A stretch of DNA of 63,447 nt, counting the filler, from Folioceros fuciformis (taxonomy: Eukaryota): NCBI GenBank assembly GCA_049999805.1. It is 13 parts of 13 records of this genome, joined end to end, with 100 filler letters (N's around TTAATTAATTAA, not from the genome) between each part and the next. Parts side by side here need not be neighbours in the genome. Positions count along the whole stretch, not along the records: positions 22,730 to 29,322 come from JBNGIO010006461.1; positions 29,423 to 38,081 come from JBNGIO010006462.1; 11 more parts are not named here. The stretch is one strand, 5' to 3'. A program made the translations under genes and the position numbers. The notes below the pieces were generated by a model, which was not told where the DNA came from, did no database searches, and worked only from the letters and a program-made list of their open reading frames with translations. Of this stretch, positions 23,315 to 35,812 are shown piece by piece; position 1 is the first letter of the stretch; every line of letters begins with the position of its first letter.

Positions 23315-26300
23315 TTAAGGGCATTCTGCTAGCCCCATGGCCTTGCAAAACCTATCATGTCTTTCTTTAGCTAAGGCTTTTGTGAGGACATTTGCAACAT
23401 TCTGATTTGTCGGCACATACTGCAGGTTTGCTTGTGCATTTAATATGACCTGCCTTATAAAATGGTGCTTTATCTCTATGTGCTTAGTCCTCGCATGCAT
23501 AATTGGGTTCTGAGCAAGTGCTATAGCTGATTGGTTGTCACATAACAACAATGTAGGTGCAGCTTGCTCTTCACCTAAGGATGCAAGTAACTCCCTAACA
23601 TGCACAATATCTTGTGCTGCTGTTGTGGTTGCTGCATATTCAGCCTCTGTTGAGGACAATGCAACTACTTGCTGTTTCTTACTATACCAAGAGATGATAG
23701 TTGAGTCATACTCATTGGAGCCTAGGAGCAAGCAGTTTGCTGAAATAGACTTCCGGGCGTCCGAGTCCGAAGCCCAATCAGCATCACAGAAGCAAGTGAG
23801 AGTGAGTGCTTCTGGCCTCTTCTTGTAGATTAGTCCAAGTTTAGGAGTACCCTTGAGATACTGCATAATCCGCTGCACAGCTGTCCAGTGGGATGCTCCA
23901 TAGCATGTTAAGAATTGAGCAGTGACTCCCACTGCATGTGACAAGTTTGGCTTGGTCCAATTTCTACAATAAATGAGGGTGCAAATCGCTGATCTGTAAG
24001 GGACTTTTTCCGTTTGCATCCTTTCATCCTCTGTTTTAGGAGATTGCTCTATGCTTAGCTTCTCCCCTGCAACCATTGGTGTTGGTGCAGGTTTGCAGTC
24101 AACCATTCTAAATCTAGCTAGAAGTTGACTGATGTATTGTGCTTGGTGTATTGCCACAGTGTGTGTGGTCAGGTCCTGGACTATTTGAATGCCCAAAAAC
24201 CATGTAAGCTTGCCTAGGTCAGTCATTGAAAATTTCGAGGTAAGAATTTGCTTGACCTTTGACATTAGCTTAGGACTGCTAGCAATAAGCACTGCATCAT
24301 CCACATAGAGGGCAAGGTATACTACACCCTCTCTTTCTCGCAGCAGGTAAACATTTGAGTCAGCTTCGCTTTGCACAAATCCTGACTTCCTTAGATAGGT
24401 ATCTATTCTGTTGTACCATGCCCGAGGTGACTGCTTAAGCCCATAAATAGTTTTGATGAGCTTACACACTTTGTTTGGATGTTTGGGGTCTTCGAAGCCC
24501 TCCGGTTGGCGCATGTAAATGGTCTCCTCCAAGGTACCATTTAGAAAAGCAGTCTTCACATCCATATGCTCCATTACATAGTCATGTTGTGCTGCTATAG
24601 CAAACAAGGAGCGTACGGATGTAGAACGTACCACTGGAGAGAATGTCTCGGTGTAGTCCAAGCCTTCCACTTGGCTATACCCTCTAGCAACCAGTCTTGC
24701 TTTGTAACGAGCGACACTGCCATCCGAGTTCAGCTTCTTCTTGAAAACCCATTTGCATGTGACTGGTTTTCTGCCTGCTGGAAGGTCCACAAGCTCCCAT
24801 GTTCCATTGTCTACAAGGGACTTGTACTCTGAATTGATGCCCTCAATCCATTTTGCTGCTTCGGGCGAGCTGATGGCTTTCTTGTAGGAGAGGGGCTCAC
24901 CCAAGTCTTCTGGATCAACATCCTCTTGCACCAAGAAAGAGGATGCAGTCAAGGGTGGATTTACCCATTCTAATGGAGAGGAGGTGTGTCTTCTTGTGCT
25001 CCTTCCAAGTTGTGGAGTTGAAGGCTCAAGTAGCTCTTGGCTTTGTGTAGGAGCCTCCTGTTCAGGTACCTGCTCTTCCACTTCAGGTGCCTCTGCTTCA
25101 GGGTCTTCGTCCTCATCATCGGACAGGAAAGAACTTGCTTCCTCCTCTGGTTCAGGTGCAGGAGGGGCAGGTGTTGGTACTGGCAAGCTAAGGGACTGGA
25201 AGGAGCCCTGTTCATACTCATCTAGTTGTTCGAGAGCTGTGTAGCTAGAGGACGATGTATCTACTGGGATAAGCTCAGGTGGGGCTAGCAACAGCTGCTC
25301 ATGAAAAGTAACACTACGACAATGTGTTGTAGTGCGTGTGGTGGGGTCAAAGAGTTTGTACCCTTTTATGCCTTCTGTATACCCCACGAAGACATACTTC
25401 CGAGCCTTGTAATCTAGCTTCACCCTCTGGTCTTCGGATAAGTGGGCATACACTGGTGCTCCAAATATTCGAAGATGGGAGATTCGAGGCTTGTGTGATG
25501 TCCACCGCTCGAAGGGTGTCGCTCCAGAGAAGGCCTTGGTAGGAAGGCGGTTCCGAAGGAACACTGCTGTTGCTTCAGCCTCTCCCCAGTAGCCTCTGGA
25601 TAATCCTGCCACCTTCATTATTGATTTAGCGGACTCCTGAACATGCTGTTGCTGAGCTCCGCAATTGGGTTTTGAGCCGATGTGTAGGGTGTGGTCAGCT
25701 GCCTAGCAATTCCGAGACTACTGCAATACTCAATGAAGTTGTTTGAGCAAAATTCACCACCATTGTCACTCCTCAACGTCTTCAAGAGGTGACCTGTTTG
25801 CCTTTGAGCAAAAGTGACATAGTCCTAGAAACACCCTAGAGCATCACTCTTTTGCTTGATTAAGTAGATCATTGTGTACCTACTCCAATCATCAATGAAG
25901 AGCAACATGTACTTGGCTCCTCCAAAAGTTGCTGTTGACATGGGGCCACAAAGGTCAGTATGCACCAACTCCAAAAGTTGTGTGGCCCTTGTTGGGTTCT
26001 TGTACGTGTAGGGCTGGCGATGCTACTTCCCAAACCCGCAGGCTTCGCAGAATTGTTTGTCCGCAAACCTGATCATGAATTTCTCCCTGTAGAGAGTGGT
26101 GCAGGCTACCATTGATTTCAACTTGTCGAAGTTTGGATGTCCAAGCCGATAGTGCCACAACATGGTCTCTCTCTCAGCTAGCTTCTCCTGGCTGATATTA
26201 GCTACATGTGTTCCAGCTTGAACATCTAGCTTGTATGTGATGTCTAACTTGTAAAGATTGTAGACAGGGGTGCCCCGAATTACCACCCTATCCTTAAGTG

Positions 26301-27921
26301 AGGGGTCTAGCACCTTACACTCCCCTCCAGCAAACATGATGCTCAACATGTGCTGGGTGTCCAGTAAATGTACTGACACTAGGTTCTTAACCATTGCTGG
26401 GACGTGTAAAACATCTATGAGGTCAATGATGGTGCCATTTGAGAGCTGGACAGGGACCTTGCCTATCCCAGCTATGGGGAGACCCCAGTCGTCTCCAAGT
26501 AATACTACTTGACCTCGTGGCATCTTTCTATATTCTGAAAAAGCTTTGAAGGTGTGACAAACATGTGAGGAAGCTCCAGAATCTAAGTACCAGGAATGCC
26601 TGTACTGAGGGGTTGCTACCATGTAGCAGGCTAGCAACGTGTTCACTTTGCGATGAGCCATATTTGATTCAGGAGGAGGTGGTACTCGACGAGGTTCACC
26701 CGCCTTCTTCTTCCGACAGTCTGCCTCCCAGTGTCCAGGTATCAGACACCAATTGCACGAGCCTTTCTTCTTGGTTCGCGTGCTTGCTGCAGGCTTCTTG
26801 CTGTTGTCCTTTTGCCAGGTTTGACAAGGTGGAGGCCGCCGTGTACAACACTCGGTTTGAGGATTCTCCCCTGTGGGAGGGTCCACTCCGGTTTGCTTGT
26901 CTGGAAGACTCTTCCTCGAGAAGAGCTCCGATTAGATCTGCAAGGGACACAGCTGGCACTTGTCCTGCAGTTGTGGCCTGAGCTATCTGACGAAGCCTTG
27001 TACTGTGATTGCTCACGAAAGTCCGGTAGCTGTCAGGCAAAGAAAGAAGCAGGGCTGTGGCTGCTTTGCATTTCCGTCGTGGGAGTCCCACTTGATGTGA
27101 ACTTTGAACGTAGTGTTCGGAACTTGCTCACATGTTGCTCAATTGAGTCGAATTCTCGCATCCTGCAATTGTAGAATTGCCTTGTGGCCGTCAAGTTGGA
27201 TGCTCCATTCACCACCTGATAGGATTGTGTGAGAGCATCCCAAGCTGTTTTGTGGTTTCCACATCCTGCGTGTAATGCATCATTGACCCGTCCAGGGCTG
27301 CCTGGATCACCACCAATGCACGCAGGTCCTTCATGGCCCACGTCTCCTGATCAGCTACTGGTGCAGTCGCTGCAGGCTTCGGGGTGGCGCCAGTGACAAC
27401 ATCCCACAAACCATTCTCACGAAGAATGGTCTTAACTCGCATGGCCCAAATATCAAACTGGGATCCTGAGAATCTGTCTCTCTCCTTGAATCGATCTTCA
27501 AGTTGTTGATGGTTGTATTGTTAACCGTGCCAACAGGATTTGGGTTTGCCATGGAGTGAACTACTTGGGATGCAAGGATAGCTTGTAAAGTTTGTGATGC
27601 GAGAGTGGATTGAGCAAAACGAGTTGACCGTGAAGCTTGGGCTACTGCAGCTGCTTGAGCTAGTTGTGCTAATTGTGAATTCACCACAGACTCAACAGTT
27701 GGATTTGAAGTGGAACTAGATTGTGCCGATTGAGCGGGTGCTTCGTGCTCTGAATGTGGTGAAAAATCAGACAGGAGATCTTCAGGTGGTGTGACAGCCG
27801 GAGTTGCATTGTTGCTAGCACTTTCTAATGGATTGAATAGATGAGGGAGCCAATAAGTGCCCCTTCCACGGCCACGGGGATGAGGGTTTCATCCTCTTCC
27901 ACCCCGTCCACCGCTTGACAT
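23315..27921 (-). pseudogene. Copia gag-pol with frameshifts and stops
   Basis: MRVKTILRENGLWDVVTG, zinc knuckle CNWCLIPGHWEADC, protease WYLDSGAS, LWHYRLGH, RT LYVDD, RNase H CDADWA. Confidence 0.93.
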
Positions 27922-28349
27922 CAGCTGGTTTCAATCCACCCTAGAAGGAGGCGAGTGATGGCTGCAGGTTTGAATCCATGGCGCCACACTTGCAGATCGA
28001 CGCCCGCTTGAAGATGGCGGAGCCCTGCTGCTGGCCTGGTGATGCTGGCTGCTTCACGGCTTGAGCACCGCCGCCTGCGTGCTTGAATGGCGCCAGCCGC
28101 CTTCTTGCTTGAAGATGATGGGATGGTGCTAGGTGGGTGTTGGCGCCTGAGCCACGGCCGGTCAAGGCTGGAACAGCCACGGGAAACGCCCCACTGGTGG
28201 AGATGATGAGGCCACGAGAAGCCGCCCTAGCCTGGCTGCTCCAATGCTCCCTTCAGAAGCACCCACGGCCAGTCCAGATGCTGCTACAGGGGCGGAGGTA
28301 CGCCACGACCTATCCAGGTGTTGTTGCAACCGCGGGCTGCGCCCGTCAC

Positions 28350-29080
28350 CCTACCTGCTTCCCGCGCCGCCGTCTGCCTGATGCTGTCCGCACCGCGATG
28401 TGCCCTTGGGGTGCGCCCACGGTTCTGCAGGCAGGCAGAGGATGCACCCGATCGGCTGCCTGCTGATTCTTGGATGCAGGCTGCAATTTTGGTTAGAGGA
28501 GGGATTCCTCCTCTCGGCGCCCCTTCCTGGTTCTCACAATGGCCAATGTTGTGCCTGCAGAAGATGTGCATGTGCCTTCCATGGCTGCCTGGAGTGTGGC
28601 GATCTTGTGCGCAAGCAACTCCACCTATCGTGTGAGGTTCACTATGCTAACATGTGTGTTAGATTGCTTGTCCTAGTGATCAGAGATTCTGGCTAGAGTC
28701 TTGCTACCTTGTGCATTTACGAGATCAGCAAGCGTTGCAGGGGTCTGATGGTTCAAATTTTGAGAGGACAGGTTAGCATGTGTACACTGGCTGCAGGTTG
28801 TGGGCTGAATTTCTCTAAGTGATTGAGATTTAGAAACCGAGGTTTCTTATGCCTGTCTAATAATCTCACTAATTTGCTTTCTAATATGTCTTAGAGGGTC
28901 TAATTTGCTGACTGGCTGTGCACTAATGTGGCTGCAGGTCTGGCCATTTGTGAAGACAGTTGGTAAAGCTTGTGAGAAAAATCTATTCAAATCTTTGTGT
29001 TGATTTTCTACAGACTGACCAGGGTATCCAAAAAATGGATCATCACTCAGATACGTTTTTCTCCCTCTACCTCTTGGCAT
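28350..29080 (-). pseudogene. Degenerate ORF0 upstream of gag in element G
   Basis: One frame from MPRGRGRK through CSQCTH to VELLAHKIATLQAAM, broken only by TAA/TAG codons. Confidence 0.55.
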
Positions 29081-29424
29081 GATGCTAATCATCCATAATG
29101 GTGAAAGATGGCATCTGCCAGGAATTGATCTGCCATGCCTCCATAACGGACTAGCACATTTTTCAAGGCTGCAATTAATTCACGAAAATTCTGATGTGAG
29201 AGTCTTCTAATGCAGACTTGAGTTTTGCAAAATGTGCAGGTGTTAGAAGGCACAGGCTCCATGCTCTAATACCATTAAGCAAGGGGTAGGATCGAAGGTA
29301 GTTAGGCAAGAAAGATTATTAANNNNNNNNNNNNNNNNNNNNNNNNNNNNNNNNNNNNNNNNNNNNTTAATTAATTAANNNNNNNNNNNNNNNNNNNNNN
29401 NNNNNNNNNNNNNNNNNNNNNNGT

Positions 29425-29757
29425 TTCAGCAACAACACAAATTCACGTATAATCCAAGGCACTGCTGACAGGACCTTGGCTATTGTGACTTGTGTTGAGA
29501 AGACGCTCTCTTTGCTGCTGTCAAATCAGGAAGTGCCGAAGACCAGAGTTGACGATCTGAAGCCAGAGCCAACGACAGTTAATCAAATCCCCTGGATTTT
29601 TGAGGCCAAGCTACAAATAATCAAAAATCTGGTGGCGTCTATCACACAGCAATTGTGTGATATGCACATTGCAACTAGAAAGAATTTTGTGCAGAAAGAA
29701 GACGAAAGGGAAATTGATCTACCAATTCTATCATCGGCAGATGGCTCAGAGGCATGA
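29425..29757 (+). CDS. Possible 3' part of ORF0 upstream of gag in element H
   Basis: Frame open from the contig edge; helical LQIIKNLVASITQQLCDMH; same strand as gag. Confidence 0.35.
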   Translation, partial: FSNNTNSRIIQGTADRTLAIVTCVEKTLSLLLSNQEVPKTRVDDLKPEPTTVNQIPWIFEAKLQIIKNLVASITQQLCDMHIATRKNFVQKEDEREIDLPILSSADGSEA

Positions 29758-30290
29758 ATCTTCCGCTGCGCCTGCAAACAGGAGCGCCTGGTGCTGTGGG
29801 AACACTAGACTGCAACCAGCACGACTCATCATGAAGCGGTGCGATGAGCGCTGCCAGGTGTACGCCAGACAGGTTTCTCATGACTGCTGATACAGAGATT
29901 GACGTCTGTTACAATCTGCAAATGTTCCCGCGAAGTGCTGAAGAGGCGCCTTTGTGTCTGCTGTACCTGAAACGCCAAAAGCCAACCGTCAGTTTTTGGT
30001 AAAGTTAGGTCAAAGAACAGCAAAACTGAAACGATAACCTGTTATTGGTTTTTCCTTTCCAGGCTAGCTCTCGTTTCTTTTTAAGCTGGGAGTCACGAAC
30101 CTCAAACAACAGCAAGCCTGAGCTAGGATAGCTACTATCCCTTCCCCTGCATGCTGCTGTTTAGGCTACAGCTCCTGCATCCTTTTTTTTTAGACATATG
30201 CATTGTAACTTGACAGAAGGTCCTGAGGGGCACATACCAATCTGACCTGTGTTGTTGGAGCCATAGCTCCTGTTACCTCGTTAGACTCTT

Positions 30291-33200
30291 ATGTCCACAG
30301 GATCTGTCCTGTCTATAGATGCATTGAGTAGCTTATTTCAAGCACTCAGTCTCGGACAGATCATATCTGCTGCAATCCAGAATCCAACTCCATCATTAGT
30401 CATGGCTATAGTTGTAAAACCCACATATACGTCAGAACTGAAGGAGAAAGAGTTGGTGAATCCGAATGAAGTCCATCTTGTTGGCACGACGTGTGTGGAA
30501 TATAGTTGATGGGACAACTCCCAAACCAGATTCCAACGCAAACCCAGCACCATCTGCAGAACAGATTGCTGAATGGGATGAATTGAACAGTATTGCAATT
30601 GCCTTATTAATAGGAGGATTGCACACTGACCTCATTTCTCAGGTCGAGTTCCTTGACAAGGCTTCTGACATCTGGACACAGCTGGAGAAAACTTACAAGG
30701 CTACGAACGTACTAACTCTTGTTGGAGTGAAGTACGAATTCTATGCCTTGAGGATGAAAGAGGGAGACAAGGTGGCAGCCTTTACAAGTAAATTTCGTCA
30801 CCTTAGGGCCCAGATGACCTCTCTATCAAGCACAAAGATGGGAGAAGTCGATGTTGTGGCTGAGCTCCTTGCGAGACTCCCTCCATCGTATCAATCTTTC
30901 GTCACTAGTCAAAATGGACCATTGAGAGCTGCTGCTACTGGAAGTGCTGTAAACATCACTCTAGAGGATGTTATAGGCGCCTTGTACCAGGAAGAGCAGA
31001 GCCGAATGTTTTCTTCAAGTACTCCAAAGAGTAAGACGGAGAAGGCATTAGTAACAGCTCAAAGGCCATTCAAGGGAAAAGGCAAAGCTGCAGGTAAACC
31101 TAGCCAATTTTCAAATTCAGCTGGCTCACCTAAGCGTCCAGGCAACTGCAACTGGTGTGGTATAGCTGGACACTGGGCCAGGGAATGTAAGAAGAAGAAG
31201 GCAGGAGAACCTAAGCGGGCTCCTAAAAATTCCAACAGTTCTGCAACTGTTGCGATCAAGGAGAAGACATCAGGTGACACCAAACCAGTGGTGAAGATAC
31301 TTACAGTCTGCCTTACCCGTTCCATATGTGATGAAGATGGTTGGTACTTGGATTCTGGCGCAACCTCCCACATCTGCAGAAATAAAGAGCAATTTTACTT
31401 GCTTATGACAAACAGATTAGCTGAAAGAGTGCTTTTGGGAGATGAACACAATCAGTCTAGTCTCCAAATCAATGGCAGTGGAACATGCAAGTTCACACTC
31501 AACGATGGATCACTTCTTACCCTGGATGACGTACTCTATGTGCCGTCCATGGCAAAGAATTTGGTTTCTCTTAGCAAACTGATGCAACTTCGAGTGTATG
31601 ACATGAAAGCCAGTGAGGACACTTGTCTCTTCTACAAGAGGTCAGAACCATCCATGCTGGCATTTAAAGGTACCTTAGATCATGATCTGTATAGACTCGA
31701 TATTTGCACACTTCGTCATCAAGCTGGTCTTGTCTCTGCGAAGTCCCAACGTCTTGCTGTCCTTTGGCATGCACGGCTTGGTCATGTTAATAAGAGAAAG
31801 ATAGTAGATATGTCGTTACAAGCATGTCACCTTGAACCATTGCCTCAGGTTTTCAAAGACTTACCTTCTTGTGAAGCTTGCATTGTTGCCAAACAGAAAG
31901 CTCATCCCTTCCCAATTTCAGCCACCTACAGGGCATCTGTTGTCCTCGAGTTAGTGCATGCAGACATTTCCGGTAAAATACATGTCCCCTCTCTGGGTGG
32001 CTCCATTTATTACCTCCACATAACTGACGATTATTCTCGCTACACGTGGACTTTCCCGATGCACTTGAAGAGTGATACCTTTGAACTCTTCCGTGATTGG
32101 TTGTGGACTGCTGAAAAATAGACAGGTCAGTCTGTTAAGTCTCTTCGGACTGACAATGGAACAGAATTTGTCAATGACACTTTTGACAACTTCCTGCATG
32201 AGAGGGGGATTCAACGTCAGCATACTATCCATTACACTCCACAGCAAAATGGCGTAGTTGAAAGGAAAAATCAGACATTGCTGGCCATGACCCGGAGTAT
32301 GTTATTGTGGGCTAAATTACCTCAAGCCTATTGGTCTGAAGCCATTGTTGCATCTACATATATCTTGAACAGGCTTTTTACAAGTTCCGTTCCATCTCAG
32401 ACCCCCTATGAGGCTTTTTGGAAACGGAAACCTAGTTTGCTGCACTTGCGTGTGTTTGGTTCACGTGCTTTTGCTCTCATCCCAAAGGAGAAGTGAAAGA
32501 AGCTGGATCCGAGAGCCCAAGCACTTGTTTTCGTCGGCTACAGTGAACAATCCAAAGCATATAAACTCTATGACCCTGCACATCAGCAAGTTGTGTTAGC
32601 CCGATCTGTCACTTTTCTTGAAATTGATAGACCCCTCGCTACTGGACAAACAACAGCAGAGGGAGTGGACATACCACAATCAACTGATGACACTATTGAT
32701 TTCCCTGGTGATGATACACATGACGAGGGAGATGTTCAAACAGTCCAACCTGCTGGTCCAGCACCTCCTCCTGTTCAACCTGTCCTGCTACATCCCCCAC
32801 GTGTACAGCAACAGCCAGCACATGCTGCCAATCCTGATCCACAACCAGCTCTTGCTCCAGATTATTGTGAGGACATTCATGTACCTAATCCAGATGTTGA
32901 CCAAGCAGAGGGAGACAATGATGCACAAATGCTCATGGACAATATACCTGAGGAACATGAACAACCACTTGCTGTTCAAGACCAAGAACATGATCCTCCT
33001 TTACGACGTTCCACCAGACATCGTCCTCCTCCAGAACAGTGGAAAGAGCCACGGTATGAATCAATCGATTTTAGGACAGCATATGCAGACATCTGCAATT
33101 CAGCTTCAAGCACCATACACCTGGAGCCTAAATCCTTAACAGAGGCATATTCAGGACCTGAACGTGATAAGTGGAAGTTTGCAATTGATGATGAATACAA

Positions 33201-34710
33201 TTCTTTAGTTAAGAACAAAACATGGAAGTTGGTTGATCTCCCACCTGGCAAAAAACCTATCTCCTGCAAGTGGATATTTAAGCTAAAGTTGAATGCAAAG
33301 GGCAAAATTGCAAGGTATAAGGCAAGGTTGGTCGCAAGAGGATTCACGCAGATTGAAGGGTTAGATTATCAGGAAACGTTCTCACCAGTTGTGAGAGCAC
33401 AATCCATCAGGATGATCTTAGCTCTAGCAGCAGAATTTGACTTGGACCTACATCAAATGGACGTATGTACAGCTTTCTTATATGGAGCACTTGATGAGGA
33501 TTTGTACATGGTGCAACCTGAAGGGTATGTAGACCCGAAACATCCTAAACAGGTCCTAAAGCTGCTAAAGACCATCTATGGCCTGAAGCAAAGTGGCAGA
33601 GTTTGGTATCTTACAATACACGAGTACCTCATCAGCAACTCTTTTATACAAAGCTCTGCAGACGGTACTGTATACAAGCTCACAAAAAGAGATGAATATG
33701 TTATCATGGCATTGTATGTTGATGATGTCATACTTGCTACAAACAGTCAGCCTCTTCTAGCACAAGTAAAGGAAATGTTGAGTAGTAGGTTTGAGATGAA
33801 GGATATAGGCGAGTTAAGGTTCTGCCTGGGTACACAGCTTTTACGGGTCAGACCTGAAAAACTCATCATTATTCACCAGTATCAGTACGTTCAAGAGCTT
33901 CTGCAAAAGTTCAAGCTTGAAGATGCTAGACCTTCTTCCACCCCTTATGCTTTAGGGACTAAGCTGACTAGCCAACAATGCCCACAAGGTGCAGACGAGA
34001 TGAGGGAGATGGCCCAGGTCCCCTACAGGCATGCAATTGGCAGTTTAATTTTTATTGCCAATTGGACAAGACCGGATATACAGTATTCTGTTAGCACTCT
34101 ATCTCAATTTCTGGAAAATCCAGGACGCGTGCATTGGACAGCAGCTAAGCGTGTTATCCGCTACCTTAAGGGAACACAATCCTATGGGCTTGCATACAGG
34201 AGTAGTGGACAGCAGAAACTTACGTTAAAGGGCTTCACAGATGCTGATTGGGCATCGGATACAGAATCACGTCGCAGCCTTTCTACATATTGCTTTCTTC
34301 TTTCGTCAGCTGTCACGAGCTGGAGCTGCAAGAAGCAAATATCCGTTGCCCTCTCATCAACAGAAGCGGAGTATAAAAGTTTAACAGAAGCCTCTAAGGA
34401 GGCAGAGTGGATACGAACCTTCCTGGCAGATCTAGGACAAAAGCAAGAGCTGTCAACTCCACTCTTGTGTGACAACATGTCAGCCCTCGAGCTTGTTGCG
34501 AATCCTAAGTTTCATGCGCGCACGAAACACATTGAAATACAACATCATTATGTTAGAGATGTGGTTCATCGTGGAATTGTGAAGATCAGCTATGTTCCAA
34601 CAGACGAAAATACGGCTGACATCCTCACTAAAGGTCTGTCCAAACACTTGCACTATCAGCACATGGTAGGCCTTGGGCTTATTGATTTTACAGCCTATGA
34701 ACAAATATGA
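30291..34710 (+). pseudogene. Copia gag-pol (frameshift near 30455, TAG at 32119, TGA at 32494)
   Basis: CNWCGIAGHWAREC, WYLDSGAT, LWHARLGH, RTDNGTEF, LYVDD, FTDADWA, ADILTKGL. Confidence 0.94.
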
Positions 34711-34939
34711 CTGGCGCTTATCTGGGTGAAAGGGATCTGGGTTTTGCATCCCTTTTTTTTTTATTCAAAAGGGTTACTTTCCAGCCATGCTCTGCCCTGA
34801 ACAGCCATATTCAGACAAAAACGAACAGTTGTCAGTGACCAGGAACCTGCTAACCAGGGTGGATGAAGCTCAAACTTGTCATCTAATCACCTGACTGTTG
34901 GTTTGAAAGGTCACTCCTCCTCCTCCTCTTCTCTCGGCA

Positions 34940-35365
34940 TCACGTCCTTAATCTTGTCAAGCAGCTTGATAGTTTCTTCCAGTTTTTTTTTATTAGGGTT
35001 TGCTTCCCTTCCTCCCCAATCGCATATGCAGGGAGGTTAGGTGTCTCCCCCTTTTTCACCTTTCCACAAATTACAGAGAGGCTCAACTCCACATGGTAGG
35101 CACCCAAGTGGACTCTCTGCCCCCAACTTGAATTGTAGTCCCATTCCCAGCCGCGTGCAGCAGATTGTCGTCTGTCCACCAACTCATGCAGATTGTCCTC
35201 CACTTCAGCTGGCAGCTTGGGCATGTTGTCTCTTCTCCGTGGTTTTCCAGCTCCCATGTACACCCTGTCGCTTCGCGTCTTCATGATGGCACACTGAAGT
35301 ATGTGAGAGCACAGAAAAATCAGTAGCTCAACTCCAGCAATCAGAGATGCGAGATGACTGGCCAT
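34940..35365 (-). CDS. Antisense accessory ORF (about 141 aa) between pol stop and PPT; hydrophobic N-terminus
   Basis: ATG at 35365; LASLIAGVELLIFLCSHILQCAIM followed by basic KPRRR. Confidence 0.5.
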   Translation of the reverse strand: MASHLASLIAGVELLIFLCSHILQCAIMKTRSDRVYMGAGKPRRRDNMPKLPAEVEDNLHELVDRRQSAARGWEWDYNSSWGQRVHLGAYHVELSLSVICGKVKKGETPNLPAYAIGEEGKQTLIKKNWKKLSSCLTRLRT

Positions 35366-35603
35366 AGCCCTCACGTTGTGGGTTTATCCCTCCCGGGGCA
35401 GTGATGGTACAGCGACAGTTGGGCACCACTCGAGCACAGAGTGAGGAACGTGATCATGCAACTATGAGTCTAGATTGCACAGTCGTTCGGGAGTAGTTCC
35501 TCATGGAATCTCGTATAGATTCTTTCCAAAGGGTTACTCGCGTCATGCCGGGATTTTTTTAGGTATATTACTATCTAGCTAAGCTCCTTAGCTTAAGAGG
35601 GAG

Positions 35604-35812
35604 TGTTAGCGGGTTAAGCTGTTATTCGCTTAGCCTAGTTATTATTTTCGTACCTTTTCATTTAGGGTTTATTTGATATTTAATGAACACACGTGAGACC
35701 TTTTTTGTATTCCATTCATTTTATTCATTCTTTTGAATATACAAGTGATATATATGTCTAAGCCTTCAGGCTCTAGTCAAACAGTCCAATGCTTATACAT
35801 CTATAATTTACA
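35604..35812 (+). repeat. 3' LTR of element H (about 209 bp)
   Basis: Follows PPT AAGAGGGAG; TGT...ACA ends; the right end truncates the neighbouring ORF. Confidence 0.75.

Larger units (their letters stand above)
22730..29322 (-). mobile_element. Ty1/Copia element G, one complete 6430-bp unit in circularly permuted single-LTR form
   Basis: PBS at 22833..22844 and 29263..29274, one full LTR, PPT 23112..23120, gag-pol; 22730..22892 = 29160..29322. Confidence 0.93.
29423..35812 (+). mobile_element. Ty1/Copia element H (5' LTR missing), relative of element C
   Basis: gag-pol, PPT 35595..35603, LTR TGTTAG...TTTACA; linker RRSTRHRPPPEQWKEPRYESIDFR resembles element C. Confidence 0.93.
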
